Assembly: GCA_030141605.1 (NCBI GenBank)
Contig: JAQGDQ010000136.1
Location: forward strand, 248,001 to 312,000
Direction: 5' to 3'
Source of the DNA: Tubiluchus corallicola
Lineage: Eukaryota; Animalia; Priapulida
Length of the DNA: 64,000 bases
Shown here: positions 1-15,109 of the stretch, one piece after another
How the letters are laid out: each line of letters opens with the position of its first letter
Position numbering within the stretch: position 1 is the stretch's first letter
Program-made: the position numbers and the translations under genes
The notes under the pieces: model-generated
What the model was told of the DNA's origin: nothing
Databases searched by the model: none
Seen by the model: only the letters and a program-made list of their open reading frames with translations

Positions 1-2258
1 ATTTAGGCGAAGTTATATATATATATCAAAGTATAAAAGTATATATATATATATATCATTTTTATTCGTAATCGTAGTAGTACAGTCACATCAAATAAAC
101 AAACAGAAATATAATGCTTGTTCGTTAGCATGTTAGTGTTAGTATTAGCAATACTTATACTGTAATGTTAGTATTAGAAAAACTAATATAATGCTTATAA
201 ATAAACAAACAAGATAATAATGCTTGTTAAGTCTTACAATGTCAACATTTGTCATGACATCACTGAGTGTATTAGATTAACGTTAGATTTAAAAGAGTGA
301 CCTTTCGAAAATTAATTCTTTTCAATTGCACTACACTCAGTTTAAGGTAATAAATAAATGCTGATCTTTACGTGTATAGCAGCGTATTTACTGCCAGCCT
401 TGCGAATTACGAATCAGATTATAGTAGTACAACCTTAAATCTCAAATGATATTAAATTTTTTTTCAGTCAGGAAACGAGGACTAAGAAGTATTAATAATC
501 GGTTGCAATTTAACAAATAAATGTTTTCTAAAAAAAGAATAATCAATAACACTCAATATTTATACATTTTATAGTCAAGTATGTTATAAACTTTAAAGTG
601 TTACATGTGCACATATGGTGTTGTCTATGGCATACACCAGAGATTTTCATGTATGTAATGTTTTATATATCACTTTCTACTTGTTTGCATTGGTATTTTG
701 TATGTGTTGACCGTGTGCTCTTGTAAATGTGTTTCCACCCAATAAATCATAAATTATTTATCGAGTTTTTAATGGATTCTCAGTTCGATAATTTTTTTAA
801 TTTTTTGTGTTTTTTAATCTTGATTTTATATAACATTAGGAAATTAACCTAGGTAAAAAAGAAAGTGCTCAGTAAAGAAAGCTTTTGTATATATACTCAT
901 ATAATAATAACTAATCATCATTAATTACTTGATCTTGACTTTAAGATTATCATTAACTGATAAAACGAACTTAATTAAATTTTTCAGATTTTTTGACAGT
1001 AAATTCTGTCTTTCGTTTGAATAGTTTTTAATCTTGAAAGTGAGGCTATAGACGCATAATCAAGATTTATTCTAGGTTCCAAATTAACAAAGAATTAATC
1101 TAATTGTTGGTAATCTCCTCTTTTTATGAGCTTTGGGAATAGCGAACTGGTTTGTGAGTAGTGAACTATTAGCATTGATTTAAAGTTTGCCTTGATATGT
1201 ATAATTATTATATGATACATGAAGGCTACGCCATTGGGTTGGTAATCGAGTAGCAAGGGGTTCAAAGCCAGATTCACTACGGACTTTCACTCGGTTTTTT
1301 CTTTCGCGGCTTCGAACACTTTATTCTTGAGAGTTCATTTCAAACATACTTGTTTTGAATAATTAAAGGTACCAGTATTTAGCAACGTGAGAATTTCAAA
1401 AGCGGCAACCGGTTTCCACATAAAATATTCAGTAAACAATCGCACGTATCAGCTTTCTACTCTTAACCCGAACGGTTTCTATTTATTTATACGTTCTCTT
1501 ATCTGATTATAAACTTTAGACCCTGATGCCTCGTTAATGCGGTTTTGCACCTCGGGCTTCGCGCTGTGAACTGGTGACTGCTAGTAAATCGTGTGAGAAG
1601 AAAAGTGGAGTGGAAAAAATGTCTGTGACGATAATGACGAGTGAAACTCATGGCAAAGCCGTACACGGAAATACATGATAGGTGATACATGATACAATGT
1701 CAAGTAAGCGCGAACGTCGTACGTAGTGTCATTCATGTTGGGTGATCTTGCGGTACATAGCACGCACAGCGTCTGGCAACTGGCTACGTGGCAGTTTACA
1801 GTGTTATTTTTTTATAATTGAATCAAAGTCAGGATGGGAAATTAGGTTTAAATTGCGAGTCCACTGACGGTAATGACAGATCAACGCCATAAAGAACGAT
1901 GTTAAGATGATCTCTTTTGAATGCTATGTAAAAATGTGTCTGCCTACGAGGGCATTGAACAGCACTTTTTGTAACAGCTTGGTCTATTTACCTTGTTGTG
2001 TACTAGCATCCATTGCACATAGGCATTAAGCCAGAACTGAATACGTACAATAATTCTCCGAGATCATTTCAACAACTTTAGGTGAAAAGAGTTAATTTGT
2101 TTTTTGCTGTTGTATGTTATGTTGTTAAAGATTATTTGACTTTATTATCAAAGATTCGATTGAATCGTCTTGTAAAAATATGTGTTTTCGACGATTAAAA
2201 AAGCAAAAACGCTTGGAAGGCAATACAAAATAATAATTATAATAATTAATTAATTAAT

Positions 2259-2259
<1 letters not shown>

Positions 2260-2294
<35 letters not shown>
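2260..2294. repeat. (AG)n microsatellite
   Basis: Direct reading. Confidence 0.95.
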
Positions 2295-2298
<4 letters not shown>

Positions 2299-2573
2299 GA
2301 GAAAGAGAGGGAGGTGACAAAGCAGAAGAGAGGGAGAGGTAGATTTTGATTTATCTGATTTAATTCTTTATTTTAAATAACGATATTTTAAATATTTTTT
2401 AATTAAATATTTTATTTTATTATAATTTATATGAATAATAACTTCATATTATAATTTACATATATACAACATACAACATCATAAAAATAAAAAACCAATA
2501 CAAACAAATCACACCCAAACTTAGATAAACATGAAAATTACAATAATATGTGCGATGTAAATCTAGCATCGCG

Positions 2574-2578
2574 GAGAA

Positions 2579-2648
<70 letters not shown>
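2574..2648. repeat. (AG)n microsatellite
   Basis: Direct reading; explains the ERER/SLSL ORFs. Confidence 0.95.
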
Positions 2649-2649
<1 letters not shown>

Positions 2650-3175
2650 AGAATAACAGAGAGGAGTCCCTGGCTTCTTCGATCTTCATGCAGTATACTC
2701 CAGTGTTTCAGACGAGTTAACTATCGGTAGCATAAGTATCCCGTTTCTCTCTCTCACTCAGCCAACACTAGCCGGCTAAAAATACGCCACTTGGGGACTC
2801 GAAAAACCGCAGAGACCTCGCGTCGACCTCCGTCAACTTATTGTTTATAATTTGTTTTCAGAACTCTATGATTTAGGGAGAATGGCACATAAAGTGAAGG
2901 ATTTCATAATTATGAAAGCAATTACAATTATCACAGTTATTATGGATGCCATTAAACACTTTTAACCATGCGTAATTTTCACCAAGCTTTTAATTAAATG
3001 ATACCACTTTAAACGAAATTGATAAATTTTTACTTTTCAATTTAAAGCGACTTTTTTATTTGCAGTACAGTAGGTGCTTAATTCATATTTTGACGTGTCT
3101 AAATCACCCATCAAAAAGCTAAACAGTCGGGCCACAGTATAGTAGATGACCCCACACAGAAGTAGTTGTCTTGTC

Positions 3176-3264
3176 GGTCACACATCCATTTACTAAACAG
3201 GATAAGCGTTGCTTAATTTCGGTTGCAAACTGCGCACCTTAACCACCCATTTATTCTGTTCGCC
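3176..3264 (-). mobile_element. Degenerate SINE fragment with a 5S rRNA-related segment
   Basis: Minus strand reads gggtggttaaggtgcgcagtttgcaaccgaaattaagcaacgcttatcctgtttagtaaatggatgtgtgacc; resembles the 5S internal control region (GAAGCTAAGCA...GTTAGTACTTGGATGGGAGACC) and the copy at 47013. Confidence 0.55.
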
Positions 3265-4348
3265 TTTGTCGTGTTACTCACCGGTTCCTACAAAATGGTT
3301 TCCACATATGCTATAAAATGCTTTTATACGTATTTAGCACTTGTTAGTTGTTTTGTTTTATCTCTTCTCAAAACTTTTGACAATAGTGATTAAATTGAAG
3401 AATGCACATGCATGCACGCAAGACGGTTATATAATAATTGCTAATCAATATTTAATAATTATATAAACTAACGGGTTCCCAATGAACTAAAACTAACTGC
3501 CTATTCCTAATAACAGCATTATGATGATCAATGTTTTTAAACCCAGATAACAACTACTACAGATTTTTATTACTAGTTCTATGGCTGCTGCTGCTACTAC
3601 TACTGCTAGAGACTAGTCCTATTGCTACTTTAATCATTTACCTTTACGACGATTTTCATAATGATCTCTAATTTAATGTTAACGACGGCTTGCAGTAATA
3701 ATAGTTTATTTATTCAAATGAAATACATTCACCTTAACGATGATAACTCACCATGATCCGTTCTTTCTTGTGACCATTATGACAATGGTCTTCGAATCAG
3801 TATCAGTTTCATGTTGCAATGTTTCGATTCATTACTGTTCTCATCATTCATTTTAAGTGGATCTTCATGTTTTTTATACCTTTCTAATCTTCCAAAAAAG
3901 TGTGAAGGAAAATCTGGCAATTTATCACCTTCTCGGAAGCAAACTCGATGAATCTAAACTGTTTTTGCAATCAGTTATTTGATGTTCAAAGTATGCCCTA
4001 TAACTGTATGGTTCTGAAGGCCCGCTGTCCACACTACAGTGTACATAAACTTTCAACAAGTTGGTTTAGTGCCGTTTAGTTTGTTTCTAACTGCATTTTT
4101 GTTAAAATTAAAAATCTTGTATGGCAAGTCAGAAATGGCTAAATGATTATGACTAAAATCAAGAAACGCAAGTTGACTTCACAAAGAACTTTGAAAAGTT
4201 TCAATGGGGATTAGGTTGTAGTAAACCCGAATGCAGAGTAATTGATTATTAATGTACCCAGGTACAACGTCATTCACAATTGTTAAAATTCGTTCTCTAT
4301 TGCTAAGAAATTTTTACATTTTTTAACTACAGCAAGCAAAATAATATA

Positions 4349-5000
4349 TCGGGTCGCGCAGAAAAAAGGTGTCGAAGATTAGACTACAATAATATTAGAG
4401 GATTTCATTTGATTTGAGAAGCAAATACCCCCGCAAAATTGAAAATTCACAACATGATATTACGGTACACTAACTTGAACTATGTAAAAGTTACAAGTTT
4501 ATTGTTTTGGTAGTTTTTAAGTTTTAGCATAAAAGCTTTTGCATATTAAAATTTGAACGCTAAAATAATGTCAGCTAATCATCAGTTGAAACACAGTCAC
4601 TTTGAGGTATAAAGCGCTTTTAAGCTACATGCCAGCAAAATAATAAAGAAATCAAATCAACAAAGTCACATCATGGTCTTCCCCACAAAATTTGGTATCA
4701 ATAAAAAATGGAACTTCATCGATATGGACTTCGGTACCAGGAATTCCTTTAAGAGAAAGTGAAGACGAGTGCCCAGAGGCAAAAATTGTTGAGTGTTGGA
4801 ACCAAATACTTATTAAAGAAGCGAGAAACTATCAGCTGTTGGAAGAAAAGCATTTATCTAGTTTGCTTTGAATGTGATGGACACTCTGAAAATAATGGCA
4901 AAATCGTCTGTATCACCAGTGTGGTGATTGTCAAGCGATTCCGTTATTTTCTTCTTATAATACGCGATCAAAATTTGGGCACATTTTTGCCCCACCTGAT
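4349..5000. mobile_element. Possible old Tc1/mariner-like MITE
   Basis: Degenerate inverted ends tatatcgggtcgcgcagaaaaaaggtgtc versus (reverse complement) tatatcaggtggggcaaaaatgtgcc, in TA context. Confidence 0.3.
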
Positions 5001-5639
5001 ATACATATATATACTCCGGAAATAGTTTGGTGCAGAGTGTTGGGTAAAACACTTAGCAACGTCAAATGACAGAAATGCCACAGTATGAATTATATGAACT
5101 ACTACGATAGAAGCCCAGGCCTTTGGCTGAATTGTGAACAGAATTTTGGGGTTAAAACTCAATTATACCAGCATCTGCGACAGATTTTAGTTAAAACACA
5201 CAACTAACTTTCTAAGTAGCTAAATTCATTTGTTTGCCTTAAACATTATGCTTTTTTCTTGTTCAGCTGATTCAAAGCCATATGTTTTAGGAGTCGGCCA
5301 AGTCTTTGTGCTTGCTTCTTGCAGTGCAAGGTTTTAACGAACATTCTGAACTTTTCCTGTAATTTCAAACAGACTGCAGGACAATCTTTGCCAAATTTAA
5401 ACAGGAAAGATTTTAATTTATGAAGTACCCACCGTTTATAAATATAGTTGGTGATATTTGTATGGCTATATTGCAATTATGGGTACTTAATTATTAACTA
5501 ATTATTTAACACTTATTACGGGTACGTGATTAGGTAGATCTGCATGTACACCTCCCTTCTGAGCATTAGTTTGGAGCTATATTATCCTCATAGTAGGCTT
5601 TTCAGTTTCTCAATTACATCAATTTCACTGTTAATATGG

Positions 5640-6250
5640 CTAAAGTAAACTTCTTTCCATATTAGAATTAGATTTGAAGCAGCCTTCTACGGTAATATAC
5701 TGCCGCAAAATCATTGATAGGCTAAGTCCAATCATTCTCCATAAATCTGACGATAGAAATGCTTGTTGAGAGTGCCCATTCTGCTATCGTTTCTTATAGT
5801 TTTTACCTAGGATAACCGCTTATCAACCCAGTTTATTCCCTCGGGTTCTTTCCTGTGGAAATACGACTTCAACAGGTATCTCCTATCAATATGAAGTTAT
5901 TAACAAGAATCTGTTTTCAGACTCTGTGTTCATATTGGCTTTAGGAATAGGTCATGAATTTAGTTGTTGATGACTAAAGGGACGCTCCACCATATTGTCA
6001 CTGCAGCTCCTTACCTCTAGTTGCCACTAGTCTTGTCTGGGGCTATTTGCAAAAACTTTCTTACGTTTAAAGTCATCTCTCTGAAACTGTCTCCACTTTT
6101 TTATTGAACTTGAGACTCTAAAGAACCAATGCTTCGGAATCGGATTTAGGAAGTTTGTTTAAACCACCTGGAGTTAAGACGCATAAGCCTTACTGAGACA
6201 TACAAGTCTGTTTATTTAACGTTTTTCCAGTCTTGCGTGGACTCATTGTG
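5640..6250 (-). mobile_element. Possible highly decayed CR1/L2-type LINE 3' remnant
   Basis: Frame-broken minus-strand fragments in the order expected for a CR1 RT C-terminus (SKAY..., TKF..., TRGNKL, NDW..SL...TVE..FKS); many stops and frameshifts; judged by eye only. Confidence 0.3.
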
Positions 6251-9200
6251 GGGTGAAAAAAGCTAATGTGGCACTAAAGTACCAAAAAATAAAGCTCTGA
6301 CACCTTTGAGAAACCTTGTGAAGGAGATCAGCTGTAAAATACGACGCTTGAAAAACCAGTGCAGAGTTATAGTAAGTGTGGGCGATGGGTTCTGTTCCTG
6401 TTAGCAAAATGGCGTTTTCCTGTTACATCATTCGCGGGCTATGTTACGGGTTACATGACGTCTCGATTGTTTTTATCCTATTTGTATGATAAAGCAATCA
6501 GCATACAGCTGTTAAGCTGCGAATTCAACAATTACTGCTGATTGGCTGATTCAATTCCAACCACAAACACTTTTGAAAATTCTCTGAAAAGATAAGTTGA
6601 CTTAGGCCTACCTGCAGTCAGAAGGTCGAAAACATCTTTTGTTCTGTTCTAAACGTGTACCTTCTACGAACTCTTGTTTCATTTGTTTCTTTGCTGTTTT
6701 GTTCCAAGATGATGCATGAAAAGATTGTGTGGGTCCAGTCAAGGAACAGTAAAATTCAAGACTTTCTAATTAATTTCGCTTTCAAGAGTGCGGATCTCAT
6801 CTTCTTTGTTCTCTTAGTTTTTTCAGTTTAGGTATAGTAATAATAATGACTGTTTACTACAGTGACACATTTTTATTTACATCACAACGAATTTATCGAA
6901 AACCCAGCCATTTAGGCTTAAGAATCACTATTTTTATAACTACACGTACATTATTATAAAGAAAACTAGTTGGCTTGATACTATATGACAATCTTTAGAG
7001 AACATATTACAAAATTTATTTTTAATGTACACAACATTAAAACAAACAACTAATGCCATAAGATTACCTAAAATTATATTTGATTGTCTAAAATTTAAGA
7101 AAACTACGATTAGTTATATAATTCTTGTTGTTTTCTCATAACTTTTTTGTATAAATTTTGCTGCTTCTCTAATTATTTATTTCCCGTCATTATAAAAATT
7201 TATTTCTGCTGATTAGTCAAACTGCGTAAATCTTTCTTTATAATGTAACATTTAACGTACAGACCATCTATACAACTGCTATAAAAAGGACATTTTGTTA
7301 AAAATGTTCTTCACTTTCTACTACATTTATATTACAAAAAGTACAAATTCTATCGTATAAGTTAATTTGTAGAAACTTGTCAGCTTTTATGCGCAAAGGT
7401 AAAACACCACATCTAAACTGTAACAACAACAATCGCTGAGCTCTTGCCATAGACAAATTCATATAATACTCTGAGCAACATTCTGATTTAAATAGTTTAA
7501 ATGTTCTTCATTTTGGTTCATTTTTTACTTCGTGTAACCACTCCACCTTCTATTTTACCAACGTTTTTTTGCAATGAGGAATGCTAATAATAGTTTACAA
7601 ATTAGATGCATCATGTACGAATCTGGATAGATCAGATAAAGCGAAAATCTCATTTATTTCACAACTTCAATTTTTAATAGAAGAATTAACAAATATATTT
7701 CAATCCCATAAAAGTATTTTCTTTGATTATCTGTATGAATCTATATTAACAAATCTGTGTCGCAAATGTAACATTTTAATTTTCCTGCGTATGTGACTTG
7801 GTGTCCGCACAGATTCGCCACTTACATCTAAATTAGTTGTATATCTATGAAGGCTCATGAAAATCTAAGATTTCTGTTCAGATGTTAGTTGATTTTGTCA
7901 ATTTTTTTGAATATCTACATGCCAGAACCATAATCTAAAATAGGCGCAACACATGCGCCAAAAAGCTTAGTATTACTAAAGAACAGGCCTTAGTAAGTAT
8001 GTAGTTTTTATATTACAGCAGTGCGCGCCTGCCAGAGTCAGACATTTGTGGTTACAACTGTTTCGAACTTGAGAAATTCATCTAGAGCTACTCCCAGATA
8101 ATTATATTCAGACTTAGCTGTAAGAATTTTATCACCGTTTTTAAAGTAAAAATTTGTCACAGCTTCAGACGTATTTCTAAAATATACAATGTTGGTTTTT
8201 TTTCTTCATTAAGACTTAAACGCCACTGATAGCAGTGATTTTCAGCTATATCCAACATACGCTGCAATTTTTCTGGAGATTTTGTTACAATTGCTGTGAT
8301 CTGCATATAAAAGTTCATTAACGTGCAAATCTTCATCTATCTTTATGCCAAGTTTAGAATTATTTAGTTTATTGCCATTCCATTAATATAAACCGCAAAT
8401 GAATTTGTGGGTACATTATCAATAACTAAAACAAATGTTTCTAAATCAGAGAATTAAAATTAATCTGTGTTGTCAATATAACCGCTGAAATGCAAAAAAA
8501 TCTGGGTTCGAATGCTAATAGAAAGAAATTTATCCAGGCTTCGTAATTTATTTAGGTCGTCATGCACTCATTGCTCTTGTTTGGCTTGCGATCGAGTTCC
8601 GATACTCTGTTCAATTTTGCCCTTGTGAACTTTAACTTGGTCATGTTGAACTGCCTATTTTATTGCGCCTTAATCTAATGGCCATTTGGCTCCACTGCCT
8701 ATAATCGTTCAATGCACCGTCTAAATTGTACTGTTACTAATGTGTTGACTTGTGTATGCCAATAAAACAAACTGAATTGAATTGAATATTTCACTTGCGA
8801 AAAGTTATAACTTTAACAGTTTGAGTTTCTCATCCATTTTGTTCTCAGCTGCTTTACCTTCAGCCTTATTCGCCACGTAATCACTGAAAGAAAAAATAAG
8901 AGTAACCGCATCGAATTACGAAAAAATATAAACATGTGGCAATTGAAGATGTCTATTTAATTAAGCAGAGTGGAGAATATCATAAGCTAATCTTATACTG
9001 GACTCCAGTAGACATGCCTGGCTGTATTCAGCGGGAAGTAATTTGCTAAGTGGAGTGTATGCAACATGAAACCCTGTCATTTCCAGATGTCCGGCTACAA
9101 ACCGATTCTAAGCCGATTATCTCCGGCACACGACCTAACAGTCAATAACGGAAATCTTTCAAACTGACTGATGTTTATCCCATAATAGAAGCCTCATATA

Positions 9201-9923
9201 CCAGGTGTACTTATATATCTTTCTGCTAACGAAATTTATCTTATATCTAAACATTAATAATTTTAATTTTTATGAACAATGCATGCAGCAAAGTTCTACA
9301 ACCTTACTAGTTACCTCTGACAAAACGTGTGCAGTGATGGTTAAGTGGCAGACATAACCAAAATAGTTTTTCATAAAATTTCCGTCTGTAAAACAGTGTG
9401 CTCGAGCATAAGACACCACAAACACTTGCTTAGATAGATTATTGGCTTCATGAGTCAATTGTGGTTAGCATAAATTTCATTATTTCACTATGATCAAGTC
9501 CTGGATGGAGCTAAACTGTCTTGTATATCATTAGCAGGACAACTGTTTCTTCAATAACCTTTGATAAAACTACAGATTTTTTATGTAAAAGTAATATTTG
9601 TAAAGAATTCTGAATACGCGAATCTAAAAAGCTATACTGATGTCATGTGTGAACTAGAAGTTAAGAGTTTATCAATAAGCCGTTGTCAGTACTATTACGC
9701 TTATAGAAAAACGAATCTATAGAGCACTGCGCTGCATTTTGACCAAAATGCTGGTTAAAAGCACCAAAAGTTATTATTTCTTAAGGTAGAAAACAAAAAT
9801 TGGCGTTTTCCGTTTTCCCCCGCTCTCCACTTGCATACTTGCCCGAGTTGTTATTTTCGTTGTTTTAAATTCAACGGTGTTTTAATATTTGACCAGTACT
9901 GAGAAGCTAGTTGATCAGAGGGT

Positions 9924-10101
9924 GGATTCACTAAGCGTCTCTGGGACAGTTTTGTTCGTAAGGTTGTTCGTAAGATCGTTTATAATCTCTCGAGGGCCAC
10001 TCACGATGTGTTTTACAAAATTTTTATTCAAATGCATTTTAATTCTGTGATCGCATGAATTGTTCGTAAGTAAGAAGTTCGTAAGAAGGCTTCGTGAATC
10101 C
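9924..10101. mobile_element. Short MITE-like element with 13-bp inverted ends and internal TTCGTAAG repeats
   Basis: GGATTCACTAAGC ... GCTTCGTGAATCC (1 mismatch); ttcgtaag four times inside; complementary cttacgaa motifs at about 10882 and 10916; no clear TSD. Confidence 0.5.
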
Positions 10102-10273
10102 AAGTTAGAGACCAAGTTAGTTGACTTTGATAACTTTTAGTTCTCCGTCGCCCTTTCACCAATCAGTTTAATATCATATCTCAGATAAATTAATCATCAT
10201 AATAATTTTGTTACATTGCATATTATCGTTTTATGCACGTGTTTTTCTTCCGGTAAAAAGGTGTTAAATAAAG

Positions 10274-10857
10274 ATACTTATACTTATACTTATACTTATA
10301 CTTATACTTATACTTATACTTATACTTATACTTATACTTATACTTATACTTATACTTATACTTATACTATACTTCTACTCATACTCATACTCATACTCAT
10401 ACTCATACTCATACTCATACTCATACTCATACTCATACTCATACTCATACTCATACTCATACTCATACTCATACTCATACTCATACTCATACTCATACTC
10501 ATACTCATATACTCATACTCATACTCATACTCATACTCATACTCATACTCATACTCATACTCATACTCATACTCATACTCATACTCATACTCATACTCAT
10601 ACTCATACTCATACTCATACTCATACTCATACTCATACTCATACTCATACTCATACTCATACTCATACTCATACTCATACTCATACTCATACTCATACTC
10701 ATACTCATACTCATACTCATACTCATACTCATACTCATACTCATACTCATACTCATACTCATACTCATACTCATACTCATACTCATACTCATACTCATAC
10801 TCATACTCATACTCATACTCATACTCATACTCATATTTATACTTATACTCATACTTA
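10274..10857. repeat. Compound hexamer satellite (ATACTT)n-(ATACTC)n-(ATACTT)
   Basis: Direct reading, about 580 bp; 2-bp slip near 10509; explains the YSYS/EYEY/MSMS/ILIL ORFs. Confidence 0.97.
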
Positions 10858-13800
10858 TAATTAATCGCTCTTGAGAAACTTCTTACGAATTTTGCAAAAT
10901 AATGTACAGAAGTTCTTACGAACGTGTTAGCGATGAGATAATTTAAAACGTTTACAGCTAAAGCCGTGCGTTCCCTTAAAACAATGCGATTCATATATTG
11001 CTTGGTATCTCAACTAACACGATTTATTCTAAACAAAAACGTGTAAAGGGTTCTTTCCAGTAAACAGTACATCGTACACTTTTAAGTCACGTGAATGATT
11101 AAGGCATTTATGTCAGTACACGGTGCATTTAAGAAATGCTGACGACACCAGACGTCACAGCTAACTTGCTGTGAAGCCATACACGGGCGGAAACAAATAC
11201 ACAACATTAAAGAGCAGTGGTCAACAATTACGCAATCTGTACGGGTAAACAAGAGGCCAGGATGGGGCACAGGAGGTGTTTTGGTAACACAGCTGTCAAA
11301 ATAAAACAGTAATAGGCTAATAACAAGCCTTATGTGTCACAAACTGACACAGAATTTTTGGTAGAGAATAATTGTGCAAAGCTGTAAGCAGACTTACACA
11401 GAAAAAGAAATAATAAAATTATGAAATTGGATAAGTGGATAAGAAATCGATAATAAGATTAGCTGAAATTGAACTGATAATACATTTACAATTTCTACCA
11501 CCTCTACGTTGTTTTTCATGACAATTTTTTATTCTCTTTTGTGTTTGTCTTCTTCATTACATTGTGTTTCTCTTACTTTTCTTTTTTTGAAGCTTTGCTC
11601 TCTTAATCCTGTTTTGCACTTACCTATTGGGCATGTTCTTGTCTCGAGGTCACCTAATACATGGTGCTCTCAGTAGTCACTTTGGATGTTGTTGTTGGTT
11701 TCGTTTATTCTTAGTTTTTTGCTACTGCTGTATTTTCTTCTACGGTCATAACAATACAATGTTCTTGATTTGAACATTCTGAAGGTCAAACTTGATTTAT
11801 TCAGTCCAGACGGAAGCCAGGTGGATTATTCATGTCACTAGACAACATCCCATAACATCCTTGTGCTGAATTCTCACTTGGGCTGCCTTGCTAACTACAA
11901 CTACTTGCTGAGAAAATACATGGGCTGACAGTTTTACTGGCTGTGGACTCGTGAACTGGGTGTTGACAGAACACAGCAGAATTTCTCATGTTTGGTAAAC
12001 ATTGAACGATTTTGAGCGCCCGACAGCTCGTCCAAGAGACCAACATGTCTGGTTTCTTAAAATTTGAAGAAAAATCTTGTGAACTACATACGCGGGTCAT
12101 ACATACTAAGATTTGAAACTCGTATTGGCGCCCAGCATTTACGCCTTAGCCTAGTTTATAAATTTCAAATCTGTTAATGAGACACATTAATGCAGGTAAC
12201 TAGTTTATGATGTTTACAAACAACTAAGATTCCATCAAAATAAACACTATTAGCTAACAGTACTTGGCGTAACCTTATTGCTTCAATGTTATTGCTAATA
12301 TCGTTCTTCAATACTGAATGCAACAAGTGTGACTACCTTTTACTTTGTGAGATCATTATTATAAGTAAATTATCAAAATTCGGTTCTTTTAATTAAGTAT
12401 TATTAACATGTGCGCCTAATAAAAACGTTCACGAAACAACTCAATGATGCAATGTAGAAAACTGTAAAATGTTACAAAAACTGTTTTTTTAAAAAAAAAT
12501 TTCGTTTATCGTTTTCATGTTTCCTTTATGTTGTAATATAAATTACTTTTCCCAATGAGTATTTTTATTTTACCATGTTTTTCACAACACTCAACTTGAT
12601 TTACATTAAAATTAATGTCACCTAATGTACAAATTGCATTTGACTGCGCGTAAATAATATTTTTATTAATTAAATGCTAAGTTATTATAACTCCTCTTCC
12701 TACTCAAATTTTCACGAAAAATCATAAAACGTTGCATTGCTATAGGAAAAATGACACCATTTACTGGAGTTATACGCACTAATTCATATCAGCTTCAAAA
12801 ACCTGGCAACCCTAATCAATGCTATGCTGCAGATCAAATGGCTTTAAAAAGTTACTGCAAAATGCAAATATTTATGATTGCAACAACTTTCAATTTAATA
12901 AGCAACAGTTGCGACTCATCTTTTTAAGCCGTTTTACACGAGTAGGACAAAAGCTACGTTTAATAGTTTCCAGCCCAATAAAAAATACCATGTTTTTGTT
13001 ATCATCATCTTCTGGCGCAATTGTAACATCGTTGCTTTCTGCATAATCATTTCGGGGTGTGACCGTTAGAGTCGTCATCGTCGTCGTATCCGTTACCACC
13101 ATCATCATCATCACAAATGTTGTCATCATGGCTCTGTAATCAAAGCATCAGTTGTCGTGTTTTTGTTGCTTAGTGATATTTACTAAACATCAGTAAAAAA
13201 TTATAGTTCATTGAGTTTGTTTTATGAAACAATCACAGTTCAGCGTATTATGACCTGTTCTACATACCAACACCCCCACACCCTACCATGGACGTACACA
13301 CACGTGCATGGAATCTTTTTAAAACGCTAGAAAAACAACTGTTTGGTAACAATAACAGTATGGCTGACTGCATGCATAACCGGTGTGAGTTGATGGTCCT
13401 GACAATTATGACATAACACATGTGTCGTCCATGTTAGGCGTCCAAGTTTGTTTGTGTAAACTTTATGACATGGTTTCCCACTGTTTAGAACGACTGGCAA
13501 AGTTCAACTGAAACCCGTTTCGTGTCAAGAGTTGCTAGCCGCTTGATGATTTGAAAAGGTTTATAAACTTGCTGGACTGTGAATTTCATGTAACCTACTT
13601 GCGTGTCTTACTAGACGTTGCTTTACGGGAAATTTACTTTTGCAAGGACTGGTTCTTCATGAACATTATGTCGCGCATTATTTTTGCATTCTTGAAGCTT
13701 GAGCTGTATAGTTGTTATAGTATGCACGTTTTACTCTTTTATGGTAGGAAAAGTTACTACAACAACAACCATGTTTTTGCCTCGCGTGTTGCAGCCGTGC

Positions 13801-15109
13801 GCACAGCCCTATAAATGTAATTTTTCCATTTACGGCCAAGGAAACTTGAGGTTGGCAAAGTTCCATCCACATCACAATAGTTCAAGTCTCATTTAAATTA
13901 AGTCTTTTTTCAACAAAATTGCGACGCTAAAAATGCGGTTTCACCATGACAATAATCGTAAATCTCGTGGCTAAGACTTAATACTCACAATTATCTAAGT
14001 AATCTACTAATACTTTTCTGCTTTGAACAGAAGGTCTTAAATTAGATTCCGAATTTTTACTACTTATAAATTTCTTGTTTCACTACACATGTAGTTACCT
14101 TTCTCAGTAAATGACTTAATCTTTATGGGCATTGTCGAAGTTAATAATTTTATTGTAACCAAAACATGCGACTTACAAGCATAAAAAGTGACAATATTCA
14201 TGTTTTTTTTACTAAATTGGTCAGGACTGAAGGTGCGACTAGTCTTGTTCTAATCTAAATTGCAGCAAAGTATTCGAGAGATTATAATATTTGCAAGATT
14301 GTGTTTCGAATTCGTCTATGCACACTTAAATGATTGCAGTTATGTTGATTTAAGAATTCATGTTTAGTTGTTGACTTCATTGACATTATTCAAATGCTCC
14401 CCTTTCTTGGCGCCGCTCACCCTGCGTAACATTAAATACTAAACACATGAACATCGCATTCTTGCCTCTCAGTTGGGCATTTAATGAGGCTTTTTCGGAA
14501 GAAACACAAACAAATTGGATATTTTTGATGAGGTCTCAGATATGCGCGCAAATTTTCGTGTCTTTAGTTTTTGATTGAATGTCTGATACAGTTGACGAGG
14601 ATGCGAAATTGCAAGCAGGCGTATGGAGGTGGTTAGAGAGCGCTAGTATATAAGAAAAGTGTCAAAAATAGTTGTCTGTGTTTGCTATGCTAGAAATGTA
14701 ATGTAACAAAATGCCACCTGACACGTGGAATACATACTGCGACAACTGCTACTGTTTGAAAAATTATATGTTTGTTATGCTTGTATGGCTCAAATTTTTA
14801 AGCGTCTTTTGGTTTTAAAAGATCAACATTTTGTTATTATTTCTTCATAAGATAGACTACAGATGGCAATACTACAGCTATAAATAAGTTCGTAATGTAG
14901 CGCCACCTTTTAGCGGAAGTGTGCTTTTTTAATATGCTCTTTGACTTATAGGACTCACTATAAGGGATGAATCATATGGGATGTAAACTAACTTAAGCAA
15001 GTCCCATTTAATATTTCGTGGAATATTAATCTATGCATGTTTTTCGTGGAAATCATCTACCAAATTGTTATTCTAGTTTGCTTTTTTGATTTGTAGTCTT
15101 GCTTATAGA

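Noticed and set aside
6709-6831. Short ORF with a hydrophobic end considered as the missing transmembrane exon
   Set aside because: Stops in frame before any usable donor and has no MACIT features
10216-10994. Long ORFs (214, 210, 115 aa) with YS/EY/MS/IL repeats
   Set aside because: Translations of the hexamer satellite; no splice or coding context
11740-11860. Faint resemblance to an RTE-type LINE ORF end (ILK.KLD...RRKPG....LDNI)
   Set aside because: Too short and frame-broken to support by eye
14946-14966. TTATAGGACTCACTATAAGG resembles the T7 promoter (17/20)
   Set aside because: Mismatched and with no vector sequence around it; chance similarity
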